64,000 nucleotides of DNA from a virus. Under the pieces are notes generated by a model. It had not been told where the DNA came from. It worked only from the letters and a program-made list of their open reading frames with translations, and made no database searches. Positions 1 to 9,231 of this stretch are shown piece after piece; the stretch's first letter is position 1; every line of letters starts with the position of its first letter. The DNA lies in the IMG/VR virus record IMGVR_UViG_3300048592_000962, positions 64,001 through 128,000 of that record; one strand, given 5' to 3'. Position numbers and translations under genes: made by a program.

Positions 1-1
1 G

Positions 2-529
2 GAGTCGCAGCGCACGAACGCGCAGAACGTGACGGGTCCCGTCGCGTCGCTCGCGGGCGTGACGACCGACCGCATCCAGCGCGTCCACAAGCTCTACCAC
101 CAGGCGGAGAACCAGCTCTTCTGGCAGTTCATCGCCGGTGACAAGCCGCAGCTGACGACCTTCACCGCCTACACCCCGGCGGCCGGTGGTCTCGACGGCT
201 TCTTCGCGGACACGCGCCTGCCGCGTGCGAACAACGGCGTTCCGACCAGCGCGGCGCTCATGCGTCTCGCGCGTCCGATCCTCGTCCCGCCGCGTCAGGG
301 CTTCCAGGTCGTGGCGATCGCCTCGCCCATCGGCCAGGCGCAGGGTGCGTCCATCATCGACCAGCTGAACGGCGCGGTCCCGAACAACGACCCGTGGGGC
401 GCCGCCTCGACGGGTGGCACCGTGACGGGCACCGTCGGCACCGACGGTCTCACGACCACGGGCAAGGACGACATCGAGAAGGACATCAAGTACCTGATCG
501 ATGGCATCCACTCGCGCGACGTGCTCTGA
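2..529 (+). CDS. C-terminal part of putative major capsid protein (jelly-roll-like); 5' end lies outside the window
   Basis: Frame is open from the window edge. Extreme GC3 codon bias and a strong terminator immediately downstream suggest a very highly expressed gene. Beta-strand pattern NNGVP..LARPILVPPRQGFQVV..IKYLIDGIHSRDV. The fold is inferred. Confidence 0.55.
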   Translation, partial: ESQRTNAQNVTGPVASLAGVTTDRIQRVHKLYHQAENQLFWQFIAGDKPQLTTFTAYTPAAGGLDGFFADTRLPRANNGVPTSAALMRLARPILVPPRQGFQVVAIASPIGQAQGASIIDQLNGAVPNNDPWGAASTGGTVTGTVGTDGLTTTGKDDIEKDIKYLIDGIHSRDVL

Positions 530-556
530 GAGAGCGCGGTCGTAGCCGCAACGCCT

Positions 557-593
557 AGGCCCGCACTCCGAAAGGGGTGCGGGCTTCTGCTTT
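557..593 (+). terminator. Rho-independent terminator
   Basis: 13-bp stem AGGCCCGCACTCC / GGGGTGCGGGCTT with GAAA loop, followed by CTGCTTT. Confidence 0.85.
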
Positions 594-1863
594 CCGTCGC
601 AGGCTCTTGACGACCTTCCCGAATCGATGTAGCACCAGTCTGGTGCGCGACGCTGCGGCTGCTTGTCTATTGGGAGCGATTTACGGCGACGGAAGCCTCG
701 AAGACCGAACGTCTTCGGTCAAGGTTGCGGTGAGCGCTGACATTAGAAAGCGACCCGCATGGTCCGGTCACATCATCGCCCTGTTTGAGCGCGTTCTCGG
801 AGAGCCGCCTCTTCAATCGCGCCGCACTGCAACTCCTCATTTTGTCGAGCATTACCTTCACTTGCCGGCGGAACGGGTGTGGGACACGTTTGGTGTCACC
901 AGCAAGTATGTGCCGGGTTATCCTCCGCGGCTCGAAGATGGCACCTCGAACCCTGATTCGCGTAAGCGTACGCCGCCGGAATGGGTCGAGATGTATGCAG
1001 GTAGATTCGCGCTTGGTCTTGTCGAGACGGACGGCTGGTTTCTTCCGCGCAGGGACAGGCGTTGCGATTCTTCTCGCTACGAGTTTGGGTTTGCGCAGAA
1101 GGACGAGATGTTAGCGTTGTGGATGTGGACACGTCTGGTTTCGATTGGTGTTCATGCGGGTTTTGGGTGGGGTCGAGGTAGCGGGACGTGGTGGACGCGA
1201 GTGAGTCGACAGGATCAGCTCAGCGTCGTCGCTGACTGGCTCGGCTCGCCATGTGCCAAGTGGGATGAGATATCACAGTTCGTAAACCCCGGCGTGTCTC
1301 CCGAGGCGCCTGACTTTGTAGCGGACCAGTGGCGCCTACTTCGAGCGCGGGAGCTGTTTGAGCGCAACAGAGTGCACGAAGAGCGGCCTGGTGAATACGA
1401 GTCGCCTTCGCGCGCTGGTGTCGGGTCATATATGCGTCGCGCAGATGCTGTTTTGACGTACGGCGAGGCGCGTTCGATTGTTCTTTCCATGCGCCATAGG
1501 CCGCGAACGCGCCTAGAATACTTGCGCGTTGCTTCCGACCATGGATTGCCGACACAGCCGGAGAAGCAGTGGCCGGAGGAGTGGTTGAGATACGGCGGTT
1601 ATCCAGGTTTTCTTGACCCGGAGTTCGTCCGCATCGAACCGCACTGGGTGTCAGCAGAGGCCGCTCGTCGCACTCTCGGCATCGGGCACTCCGTCTGGAA
1701 GAGACTTGTTGCAGACCTAAAGCCTGCCGGATCAGTCGCACACAAGATGTTCTACGACCCTTCCGTTCTCGGTGACCACCTTTTGTCCGTTGCGGACTCT
1801 AGGATGCGCCGAGCGGACGCTGTGCGGCTAGCGTCGCAGATCGGAAGTCTCTGTGCGACGTAA
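577..1863 (+). CDS. LAGLIDADG homing-endonuclease-like protein with C-terminal extension (start uncertain)
   Basis: Two LAGLIDADG-type motifs, LLGAIYGDGS and ALGLVETDGWF, followed by FAQKD; weaker codon bias than flanking genes. Confidence 0.7.
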   Translation: MRASAFRRRLLTTFPNRCSTSLVRDAAAACLLGAIYGDGSLEDRTSSVKVAVSADIRKRPAWSGHIIALFERVLGEPPLQSRRTATPHFVEHYLHLPAERVWDTFGVTSKYVPGYPPRLEDGTSNPDSRKRTPPEWVEMYAGRFALGLVETDGWFLPRRDRRCDSSRYEFGFAQKDEMLALWMWTRLVSIGVHAGFGWGRGSGTWWTRVSRQDQLSVVADWLGSPCAKWDEISQFVNPGVSPEAPDFVADQWRLLRARELFERNRVHEERPGEYESPSRAGVGSYMRRADAVLTYGEARSIVLSMRHRPRTRLEYLRVASDHGLPTQPEKQWPEEWLRYGGYPGFLDPEFVRIEPHWVSAEAARRTLGIGHSVWKRLVADLKPAGSVAHKMFYDPSVLGDHLLSVADSRMRRADAVRLASQIGSLCAT

Positions 1864-3070
1864 GTTGTACATCGACAGCGATGTGCTGTCCGAGGCGCGC
1901 AATCGAGTATCCGCGACGTTCGACGAGTTTGAGAAAGTCTACGTCTCGTTCTCAGGAGGCAAAGACTCAACAGTCATGCTCGACATCGTAGCCACGGAGG
2001 CGAGGCTCCGCGGAAGGCGCTTCGGACTACTGTTTGTCGATCTTGAGGCACAGTACACGGCAACCATTGCTTTCGCAGAGTCACGCTTTGCTGCGTACGC
2101 AGACGTTGCGGACCCATTCTGGGTGGCCCTTCCACTGTCGCTCAGAAATGCCGTGAGCGTGCTGGAACACAAGTGGACGTGCTGGGACCATAGGGCGAAA
2201 GACAGGTGGGTCCGAAATCCACCGCATTTCGCAATCACAGACGAATCGCATTACGACTGGTTTCGACACGGCATGGAGTTCGAGGATTTCATCGTCGAGT
2301 GGGCTAAATGGTACTCAGGTCGGTGCTTTACGGCCTGCCTTGTCGGAATACGCACTGACGAGTCTATCAACAGGTTTCGAACCATCATGTCGGACACCAA
2401 AGGCACTCACGGCGGTAAGCCGTGGTCGACACAAGTGCCCGGCACGAACGTGTACAACGTGTATCCGATATACGATTGGAGTACGGCAGACATCTGGACC
2501 TATCACGCAAAGATGCGAGTTCCGTACAACCCTGTATACGACATGATGCATGCGGCAGGCTTGTCGCCGTCTCAGATGAGGATTTGTCAGCCATATGGAG
2601 ACGATCAGCGCAGGGGCCTGTGGCTGTATCACGTACTTGAGCCGGACACATGGACGCGCGTAGTGGCCAGGGTGGCTGGAGCAAACTTTGGCGCAGAATC
2701 GTCCCGTGCCCGCGGGAACATCAATGGTGTGGGGCGCGTCCAACTTCCAGAGGGCCATACCTGGCAGAGTTACGCGACGATGTTGGTGGAGAGCATGCCG
2801 CCGCACATGGCAGAGCACTACCGAACAAAGATCGGCGTATTTCTGAGGTGGTATGCCGATAAAGGCGGGTACGCCGACGGCATTCCGGATGAGGCTGACA
2901 GGACCGACGAGGCAGAGAAGAGAGCGCCATCTTGGAGAAGGGTCTGCAAGGCCATTCTTAGGAACGACTACTGGTGCAAGTCGTTGGGGTTTTCGCAGCA
3001 CAAGTCGGGCGCCTACGAGTCATACCTGCAACGCATGAGGGATCGGAGAATGCAATGGGCGACATCGTAG
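1853..3070 (+). CDS. PAPS-reductase-family protein, IbrA/YbdN-like (DUF3440)
   Basis: VYVSFSGGKDS PP-loop, LVGIRTDES, YPIYDW, MRICQPYGDDQR, PSWRR.CK.IL.ND.WC..L.F. Confidence 0.9.
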   Translation: MRRKLYIDSDVLSEARNRVSATFDEFEKVYVSFSGGKDSTVMLDIVATEARLRGRRFGLLFVDLEAQYTATIAFAESRFAAYADVADPFWVALPLSLRNAVSVLEHKWTCWDHRAKDRWVRNPPHFAITDESHYDWFRHGMEFEDFIVEWAKWYSGRCFTACLVGIRTDESINRFRTIMSDTKGTHGGKPWSTQVPGTNVYNVYPIYDWSTADIWTYHAKMRVPYNPVYDMMHAAGLSPSQMRICQPYGDDQRRGLWLYHVLEPDTWTRVVARVAGANFGAESSRARGNINGVGRVQLPEGHTWQSYATMLVESMPPHMAEHYRTKIGVFLRWYADKGGYADGIPDEADRTDEAEKRAPSWRRVCKAILRNDYWCKSLGFSQHKSGAYESYLQRMRDRRMQWATS

Positions 3071-3690
3071 CTCGGGCACGCAAGTTGTTTGCTGAACTTG
3101 ACGCGATGGATCTCGATGAGCGCGTGGAGTCGATCAACGCGATTCGTGAGGCGCTTGCGGAGAGGTCGCCATTTGCGAGCCACCCGGTTGACCTTGTCCG
3201 ATGGGTCCGAGCGACCGATGTGGTTGCGAACAGCTACAACCCGAACACCGTGGCGCCACCAGAGATGGAGCTTCTGCGTTTGTCGATCGAGTCCGATGGT
3301 TACACGCAGCCTGTCGTCGCGAACAGAGAGGCGACCGGTTACGAGGTGGTTGACGGGTTTCACCGGTCGAAGGTTGGCAAGGAGTCCGTCTCTGTAAAGC
3401 AGGCGACGCTGGGGTACTTGCCGGTCGTTCAGATCCGTGCGTCGAGGGGAGGCGTACACGATCGGATGGCCGCAACCATTCGGCATAACAGGGCCAGGGG
3501 CAAGCACGGTGTCACGGAGATGTCAGCCATCGTGCTGGACCTGACGAGGCGAGGCTGGTCGTCGGCCAAGGTGGCGAAAGAGCTTGGGATGGATCCGGAC
3601 GAGGTTCTTCGGCTCAAACAGATTACTGGCTTGGCAGAGCTTTTTGCGGACAGGGAGTTCTCGAAGGCATGGATTCCTTCGGATGAGTAG
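3055..3690 (+). CDS. ParB-like N-terminal domain protein, IbrB/YbdM-like
   Basis: HPVD.V.WV, ANSYNPN.VAPPEM.LL..SI..DGYTQP, VVDGFHR, TIRHNRARGKH; ATG 3055 has a GGAG RBS. Confidence 0.9.
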   Translation: MGDIVARARKLFAELDAMDLDERVESINAIREALAERSPFASHPVDLVRWVRATDVVANSYNPNTVAPPEMELLRLSIESDGYTQPVVANREATGYEVVDGFHRSKVGKESVSVKQATLGYLPVVQIRASRGGVHDRMAATIRHNRARGKHGVTEMSAIVLDLTRRGWSSAKVAKELGMDPDEVLRLKQITGLAELFADREFSKAWIPSDE

Positions 3691-3698
3691 CGTGCGCG

Positions 3699-3729
3699 CT
3701 TGACCCTGAGATCGCCTCCGTCGTACGAT
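3699..3729 (+). promoter_or_regulatory. sigma70-like promoter for the 3813 gene
   Basis: TTGACC-N18-TACGAT. Confidence 0.6.
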
Positions 3730-3812
3730 TGGGGTCACCAAATCGTGTGTGGGTGAGCCGGGACTGAAGCGGGCGATGAGTTCGCGGAGGCGAGGCTCCT
3801 CTGGAGGCGAAG

Positions 3813-4736
3813 ATGAACGACGATCCGCAGTTGGCCGCCTACCTTCGTAGGATGGGTGAGCAGCACGAGAGAATGCAGGCGCAGATCGCTGCGCTATCGA
3901 AGCGTACGGGCGCGCTGCTCTCGAAGTCCGAAGAAGACCGGATGGAGATGTCTCGTCTCCAGAAGGCGCTGAAGAAGGCCAGCGATCGCATTCGCTACGT
4001 CGAGGACATCCCCGGCAAGCGCGTGCCGTACTTCATGAACTTCGAGATCAACATTCCGGGACCGACGTCCCCGTCGTTGAATCTCGCCGGTCAGCGGCTC
4101 AGCGACACCAAGCAGGTGTCGATGGATGGCCCGTTCGTGTGCACGTCCTATCAGGCGTCGTTCCTGATGAAGACCTACTCGATCGGTCCGTACGGCGACG
4201 AGGAGTCGGGGCGTCCGAACGATCCTCCGGCGGGCACGGAGGTCACCACGCCGCTCTCCGGTCGCCTGCGACCGGTGGCGAGTACGTCCGATCCGTTCGC
4301 GGGCGCCTACATCGGCCCGCGCGTCGGTCCGGTCAGCATCGCGGGTGCGCAGACGGCGCAGACGTTGCGTCCGGGCGTGATCGACTTCTTGTTCGAGATC
4401 GCGGACGAGGGCGTGGACCGGCTTCGGCAGAACCAGGTCCCGACGCCGTCGAGGTACCTGTACAGCGAGTTCGATCGCCCGTACTACCTGCCCGTCAGCG
4501 ACTTCTTCGAGCGCGGCTCCTCGATCCGATTCGCCGCCACCCTCACGCGCGACCTCGGCTACGTCGAGATCAACTCCACGTTGCTCCCGAACGGGTTCGT
4601 GGAGACGAGCGTGACGCCGCCGCCCGATCCGGCCGCGACGGGTGACGTCGGCCGGCTCGTGTGCGCGGTCGGTGGTACGCTCTACTTCAGCATGGTCGGC
4701 TACAAGATCCTCCAGGCGCAGAGCCCGGCGGTCTGA
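3813..4736 (+). CDS. Putative capsid-related protein: N-terminal coiled coil plus jelly-roll-like beta domain
   Basis: GGAGG RBS; strong codon bias; DGPFVC..DFLFEIADEG..R..PYYLP..FF..GTLYFSMVGYKI beta-rich pattern. Confidence 0.5.
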   Translation: MNDDPQLAAYLRRMGEQHERMQAQIAALSKRTGALLSKSEEDRMEMSRLQKALKKASDRIRYVEDIPGKRVPYFMNFEINIPGPTSPSLNLAGQRLSDTKQVSMDGPFVCTSYQASFLMKTYSIGPYGDEESGRPNDPPAGTEVTTPLSGRLRPVASTSDPFAGAYIGPRVGPVSIAGAQTAQTLRPGVIDFLFEIADEGVDRLRQNQVPTPSRYLYSEFDRPYYLPVSDFFERGSSIRFAATLTRDLGYVEINSTLLPNGFVETSVTPPPDPAATGDVGRLVCAVGGTLYFSMVGYKILQAQSPAV

Positions 4737-4753
4737 CCGGTTGAGGTCCAGTC

Positions 4754-5437
4754 ATGTCGAGCACACCCAGGGGTAACACGAGCGCTCAGCCGGGCGCGCC
4801 GTTGCCGCAGAGTCGTCCGGGAGGCAAGGTCGATCCCGTCAGGATCGTCAACGGCTTCACCGCGACGCTCCCTGGGCGCTCGCGCCTTTTCTTCCAGCGA
4901 CAGTTCTTCGCGGACTGTCCTCGTCCGATCCAGATTTCGGGCCCGCCGGGCTTCCCTCGACAGGTGCCCATCGTCAGCTTTGAGCTGCCGAAACGCCAGT
5001 CACTCGTCATCCGTCGCGTGGACTTCAAGGCGTTCGAGAGCGGCGGCATTGGGCCCAACGACATCTCCGAGGTGCCCTACGGCCGGTCGATCGGAACACT
5101 CGCGTTCCAGTTCGCAGTCGGCAATCGCGGGCTCACCGACAGCCTCACGAACCTTCCCGTGCAGGGCATCCCGGTGCAGTACACGGTCGCGCAGGTCGGC
5201 GGCCCCGTGGCGCCCATCACGCCCTCGGGCAACGTCAAGCAGGGCACGGGCGTCGCGACGCCCGATGCGCGACAGGACATGTTCGCGGGGTACGGCATGC
5301 CCGGCGACCTCGTCACCGCCACCGCCCTCGTCCTGAGGCCACCGGACTTCGACTGCCGATTCTTCCAGGTCTACATCGAAGGCTGGCTCGCGGACGAAAA
5401 GGAGCTTCAGGCGATCATCGACATGATTTCTGGCTGA
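4754..5437 (+). CDS. Putative capsid-related beta-sandwich protein
   Basis: IVSFELPKRQSLVIRRVDF..FQVYIEGWL alternating beta pattern; follows the 3813 gene. Confidence 0.4.
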   Translation: MSSTPRGNTSAQPGAPLPQSRPGGKVDPVRIVNGFTATLPGRSRLFFQRQFFADCPRPIQISGPPGFPRQVPIVSFELPKRQSLVIRRVDFKAFESGGIGPNDISEVPYGRSIGTLAFQFAVGNRGLTDSLTNLPVQGIPVQYTVAQVGGPVAPITPSGNVKQGTGVATPDARQDMFAGYGMPGDLVTATALVLRPPDFDCRFFQVYIEGWLADEKELQAIIDMISG

Positions 5438-5557
5438 CAGCGAACGAACGCGGGGCCGGTGCCCTTGGCCCGACGAACTCGACTAAACGGGAACCTCGGG
5501 CCACTGGCGCCCAGCCCATCAGCAGCAGGGGTACCGTCCTCGCGTTCGTTCGCTGTC
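5436..5557. ncRNA. Highly structured intergenic element (long closing stem with internal hairpins)
   Basis: Perfect 17-bp inverted repeat GACAGCGAACGAACGCG (5436-5452) / CGCGTTCGTTCGCTGTC (5541-5557), continued by CGGTGCCCTTG / CAGGGGTACCG with G-U pairs; internal TGGCCCGA / TCGGGCCA stem. Confidence 0.55.
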
Positions 5558-5569
5558 TGAAGGTGATGC

Positions 5570-6433
5570 ATGAAGCGCCTGCTCTACCGCTCCGAGATTC
5601 GCCAGCGATTCGACAAGTCGACGCGCACCAGCTACCTGGTTTGCACCGACCCGAAGATCGACTTCTTCGAAGATCTGTACGGTTTGCCAGAGGGCGCGTT
5701 CTTCGCCGTGATGCACGACGAGGTGCCCTTCCCCGAAGAGGTTCAGGCCTTGGCGTCGCAGGCCGGCGTCGCGCCGCACGAACTCGTCGAGGGTCGTCAG
5801 CTTCTGCAAGCGGTGGTCGACGCGTTGCTCGCAAGCGCGATGGTGGATGCACCAATGCATCTTGCCGAGGTGGCGACGCCGGACGTCCGATGGGCGGACC
5901 ACGACCTGTACGTGCTGGAGCGCAAGCACCGCGAGGCAGTGGCGCGGGTGATGAATCTGCGTCGGGTGGTTGAGGGTCAGCTCCGGCTTCGGGCGAAGCT
6001 GGTGGGCGCGTCGGCTACGCCGGTGGTGGTTCGCGAGGAGATTCGGGAGGAGCCGGAGCCGGAGGTGAGGGAGGTGCAGATCGAGGGAGACTTCGAGACG
6101 TACGCTCCGACGGCCCGAGTCGTCGAAGAGGCCGTGGAGGCCGTGAAGTCCGCCCGCGAGGCGGAGCTACCCCAGCGGCTTCCGACAGGTGCGCGACGTC
6201 AACTGACGCGGATGCCTCCTGCGGCCTACGTGATTCGCGGCGATGTGATCGAGCCTCGGGTCGATCTTTGCGGGGCGATGGCCGACGCCCAAGCGGTCGG
6301 CCGAAAGGGGTCCGAGGCAGTTGTCGTCGATTGGGACGGCGAGTGGCCGGTCGTGGTTCGTCGGTACGGTGCCGATGGCCGCACGGTGTACAAGGTTGAA
6401 TCGGCGCTTCGCCGCCATGGAGGTGTTTTGTGA
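5570..6433 (+). CDS. Hypothetical protein
   Basis: 287-aa ORF with host-like codon usage, coupled to the next gene. Confidence 0.75.
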   Translation: MKRLLYRSEIRQRFDKSTRTSYLVCTDPKIDFFEDLYGLPEGAFFAVMHDEVPFPEEVQALASQAGVAPHELVEGRQLLQAVVDALLASAMVDAPMHLAEVATPDVRWADHDLYVLERKHREAVARVMNLRRVVEGQLRLRAKLVGASATPVVVREEIREEPEPEVREVQIEGDFETYAPTARVVEEAVEAVKSAREAELPQRLPTGARRQLTRMPPAAYVIRGDVIEPRVDLCGAMADAQAVGRKGSEAVVVDWDGEWPVVVRRYGADGRTVYKVESALRRHGGVL

Positions 6434-6660
6434 TCAGTTTCAAGAGCTACAAGAAGGAACTCGGCAGCCTCAACGATGACGAGCTTCTGGTGCTTGCCAC
6501 ATTGGTTGACGAGGTGGCGTACCAAGTCATGATCGGAGCCAGAGAAGGCGGATCTGCTGGTGCCATCGAAGCGTACCAGAATGTGTCGTTCGCTGTGCAC
6601 GACGAGGTCGGTGACTTCATCGAAAAGCGCCACGAGCGTATCGCGAAGAAGATGAAGTAG
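6430..6660 (+). CDS. Hypothetical protein
   Basis: GGAGG RBS, GTGA overlap. Confidence 0.7.
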   Translation: MISFKSYKKELGSLNDDELLVLATLVDEVAYQVMIGAREGGSAGAIEAYQNVSFAVHDEVGDFIEKRHERIAKKMK

Positions 6661-6670
6661 CAGGCCGATC

Positions 6671-7072
6671 ATGGATGTATCAGCCATACTCGACGGCCTC
6701 GCAATAGTTGGAGGCAACGTTCGGTTTTACACACATGGCAATGAACGTGTTTGCGAGATCGAAGTCGCAGGCGCGGACTACACGGGTGCATCGCCACGTT
6801 CCGAACGCGATCGGATGTACACCGAGGCGCTTCGTCGCGCCGTGAAGGACATGCTCGACAGGCTCATTCCTGCGATGAGCGCTTTCCCGGAGCAAGTGTC
6901 GCGGGCGACATTGAACGACGAGCGTCGCACTGAGATGCTACATGAACTTGCTGTCACACAGAGCGAGACGATCATTGCATGGCTCGTGGAGTACAGCGGG
7001 TACTCTGTGACGAAGGCATTCGAGTCTGCGCACGGGCACTATCTCGCCTCAACCGGATACTGGGACAGGTGA
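6671..7072 (+). CDS. Hypothetical protein
   Basis: Fills the operon gap; protein-like composition. Confidence 0.65.
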   Translation: MDVSAILDGLAIVGGNVRFYTHGNERVCEIEVAGADYTGASPRSERDRMYTEALRRAVKDMLDRLIPAMSAFPEQVSRATLNDERRTEMLHELAVTQSETIIAWLVEYSGYSVTKAFESAHGHYLASTGYWDR

Positions 7073-7076
7073 TCTC

Positions 7077-7346
7077 GTGAGCTACCACCGCGCACTTGGG
7101 ATGCCTTCTTTCACGCCGACAACCGCGTTCGCTCAGGCGGTCGATCCGTACTCGGGTAGGTTCAGCCCTCCCGGCGCGATCTACTCGCCGTACGGATGGG
7201 GTCCGGACTTCAACATCGGAATGCCATTCAACTACACGCATCACATCGGATACGAGAGGGTCCCGGCGCCGGCTCGTCGCACGCGGAAGATCGGTCCGAT
7301 GTACGACGTCCTCAGCGGCCTCGGTGGTACTCTTGCGGTACTCTGA
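7077..7346 (+). CDS. Small protein of the MSY/GLG motif group (putative virion protein)
   Basis: Starts MSYHRALG, ends SGLGGTLAVL. Confidence 0.6.
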   Translation: MSYHRALGMPSFTPTTAFAQAVDPYSGRFSPPGAIYSPYGWGPDFNIGMPFNYTHHIGYERVPAPARRTRKIGPMYDVLSGLGGTLAVL

Positions 7347-7361
7347 CGGGCGAGGTGGCTG

Positions 7362-7955
7362 GTGGCATCGCGGCGACGAAAGACGGCAAACGGTTTCGAT
7401 CTCATCGACGACATGATCGACTCGGCGGTGGGAACCGTCTTCGACCGCGTGGGCGAGGTGGTCGAGCGAACCCTGACGCAGCAGCGGGCCAACATGTCGC
7501 CCGAACAGCTGGCTGCCGAATACACGTGTGCCGCGTGCAGAAAGAGCTTCACGGTCAAGCACATCGAGATGATGCACCCGAGCAACGGCTACTGCCTGTG
7601 CAAGGGCTGCTTCAAGTTCCTGTGGAAGGCCGGCGAAGAGAAGGTTCGCGCTCTCGGAAAGAACGCTGCCCATCGAGCTGTTCAGGAGCCGCCTGCGTCT
7701 CCTGGGCCTGGACCGTCTGCCAGCGCGTCTACCGGGCCGGCGTCGGCGGGGGCGCTTCCATGGGTGGTTCTGGGTGTTTCCGAAGACGCGAGCGTCGAGG
7801 ACATCAAGAAGGCCTATCGAAAGCTCGCTGCTGTGTGGCATCCCGATCGCGTGCCTCCTGGGGCTCCGACCGAGGAGAAGCAGCGGGCTACGGAGAAGTT
7901 CCACGAGATCACTCGTGCGCGCGACGTGATGCTGAAGGTGAGGGGCATTGATTGA
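7362..7955 (+). CDS. J-domain (DnaJ-like) protein with N-terminal CxxC..CxxC zinc site
   Basis: PWVVLGV..DIKKAYRKLA..WHPDR..KFHEITRA; CAAC and CKGC. Confidence 0.85.
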   Translation: MASRRRKTANGFDLIDDMIDSAVGTVFDRVGEVVERTLTQQRANMSPEQLAAEYTCAACRKSFTVKHIEMMHPSNGYCLCKGCFKFLWKAGEEKVRALGKNAAHRAVQEPPASPGPGPSASASTGPASAGALPWVVLGVSEDASVEDIKKAYRKLAAVWHPDRVPPGAPTEEKQRATEKFHEITRARDVMLKVRGID

Positions 7956-8326
7956 ATCTCTCCCCATACCGACGAGACATCCCGTTCGGCCAGGTTCCTG
8001 ACTACAAGACCTTCGTCAGGCATTCGTGGCTATTCGTCGACGAGCATGGTCACAGAGCGGTCACGAAGCCTCCGGTGATGTTCCAGATGAGATTCTCCGC
8101 CGAAGAGGCTGTAGTCGTAAGAGACTCTCTTGATTTTCTGCGCGCCTTCATCGAGAGATCTCGCGCTGCATTGTTTGTAGACGGCGCGACGCTGATACTT
8201 CAGGTGTACGACTTGGATGCGCTCCACGCTTTGGCGATGGCGGTATCCGCGAGGCACCCTGTTTCTGAGACGCATCGAAAAGTTGCCGAGAGTTTGATCT
8301 GGGCGCTGGGATTCAGGTGGGTGTGA
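7952..8326 (+). CDS. Hypothetical protein
   Basis: Overlap-coupled between the J-domain gene and the endolysin. Confidence 0.65.
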   Translation: MNLSPYRRDIPFGQVPDYKTFVRHSWLFVDEHGHRAVTKPPVMFQMRFSAEEAVVVRDSLDFLRAFIERSRAALFVDGATLILQVYDLDALHALAMAVSARHPVSETHRKVAESLIWALGFRWV

Positions 8327-9231
8327 TGCGATACGGTGACCGTGGAATCGATGTCGAGAACCTTCAGAAGGTTCTCATCTCTCGCGGCTATGAACTGCCT
8401 CAGTTCGGCGCGGATGGGCATTTGGGCGACGAGACGTGGGATGCGCTTCAGCGCTTCAGCCGCGATTCCGCTCTCGCGTGGGCTCCGGAAGTGCCGTTCG
8501 GGACGCTGGATGTGCTGATCAAGAAGAAGCCGTCGCCTCCGGTTGTGGCGCCGTTGCCGCCGGCAGCGACGGGTGAGCCGAAGGTTCCGTTTCTCGATCT
8601 GCGACACCTTCAGAAAGACCCTCATCCCAAGTCGAAGACGCAGGGGCATCGGACGGTTCGTCGTGCCCCATCGGCTGTGAACGCCATCACGATCCATCAG
8701 ACAGCCGTGAAGTTCTCGGTGACGAAGGCGCAGGTCGCAGCAGCCGGAGGAGACCGTCAGATGGCCCTCGGCCGCCGTGCGCTCAACGTCGCATGCCACG
8801 CCATGTCGTTCCACGACGGGTTCTTCGTCGCGGCGGCGCCGTTGGATTGGTACATCTACCACGGGAATGGGTTCAACCGGTTCGCGTTGGGGCTGGAGAT
8901 CGACGGTGTTTATCCGGGGCTGAAGGGTGGAAAGACCTGGAACGGAGACCCCGCGACCGAGCTGACGGATGCGTCGGTGTTGGCGGCACGAGAGGCCTTG
9001 CGCTGGCTCACGGAGAACGGCAGGAAGGCCGGCATGCCGATCGAATGGATTGACGCTCACCGGCAGTCCTCGGCGACACGTCGTTCCGATCCGGGGGAAG
9101 CTCTGTGGGAATCGGTCGTGCTCGATTACGCGGTGCCCGTGCTCGGACTGAAGACTCGCCCGAGCTACATCGTGGGAGACGGTCGCCCTGTCCCCACCGA
9201 GTGGGATCCGAACGGCGTCGGTCGCTACTGA
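8326..9231 (+). CDS. Endolysin: peptidoglycan-binding domain plus N-acetylmuramoyl-L-alanine amidase (Amidase_2-like)
   Basis: GDRG.DV..LQ..L...GY.L..FGADG.LG.ET binding motif; ITIHQTA, ACH, YHGNG.N..GLEIDG, AHRQ, R.SDPG. Confidence 0.85.
   Translation: MRYGDRGIDVENLQKVLISRGYELPQFGADGHLGDETWDALQRFSRDSALAWAPEVPFGTLDVLIKKKPSPPVVAPLPPAATGEPKVPFLDLRHLQKDPHPKSKTQGHRTVRRAPSAVNAITIHQTAVKFSVTKAQVAAAGGDRQMALGRRALNVACHAMSFHDGFFVAAAPLDWYIYHGNGFNRFALGLEIDGVYPGLKGGKTWNGDPATELTDASVLAAREALRWLTENGRKAGMPIEWIDAHRQSSATRRSDPGEALWESVVLDYAVPVLGLKTRPSYIVGDGRPVPTEWDPNGVGRY

Noticed and set aside
2501-2731. Spacers TATCACGCA and AATGGTGTG of one unit both match inside the IbrA-like gene (2501 and 2723)
   Set aside because: Matches are about 220 bp apart, not adjacent; single 9-mer hits are expected by chance in 64 kb. 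A full self-targeting search was not possible by eye.
5436-5557. Hammerhead ribozyme (CTGATG on the - strand)
   Set aside because: Lacks CUGANGA and the GAAA core
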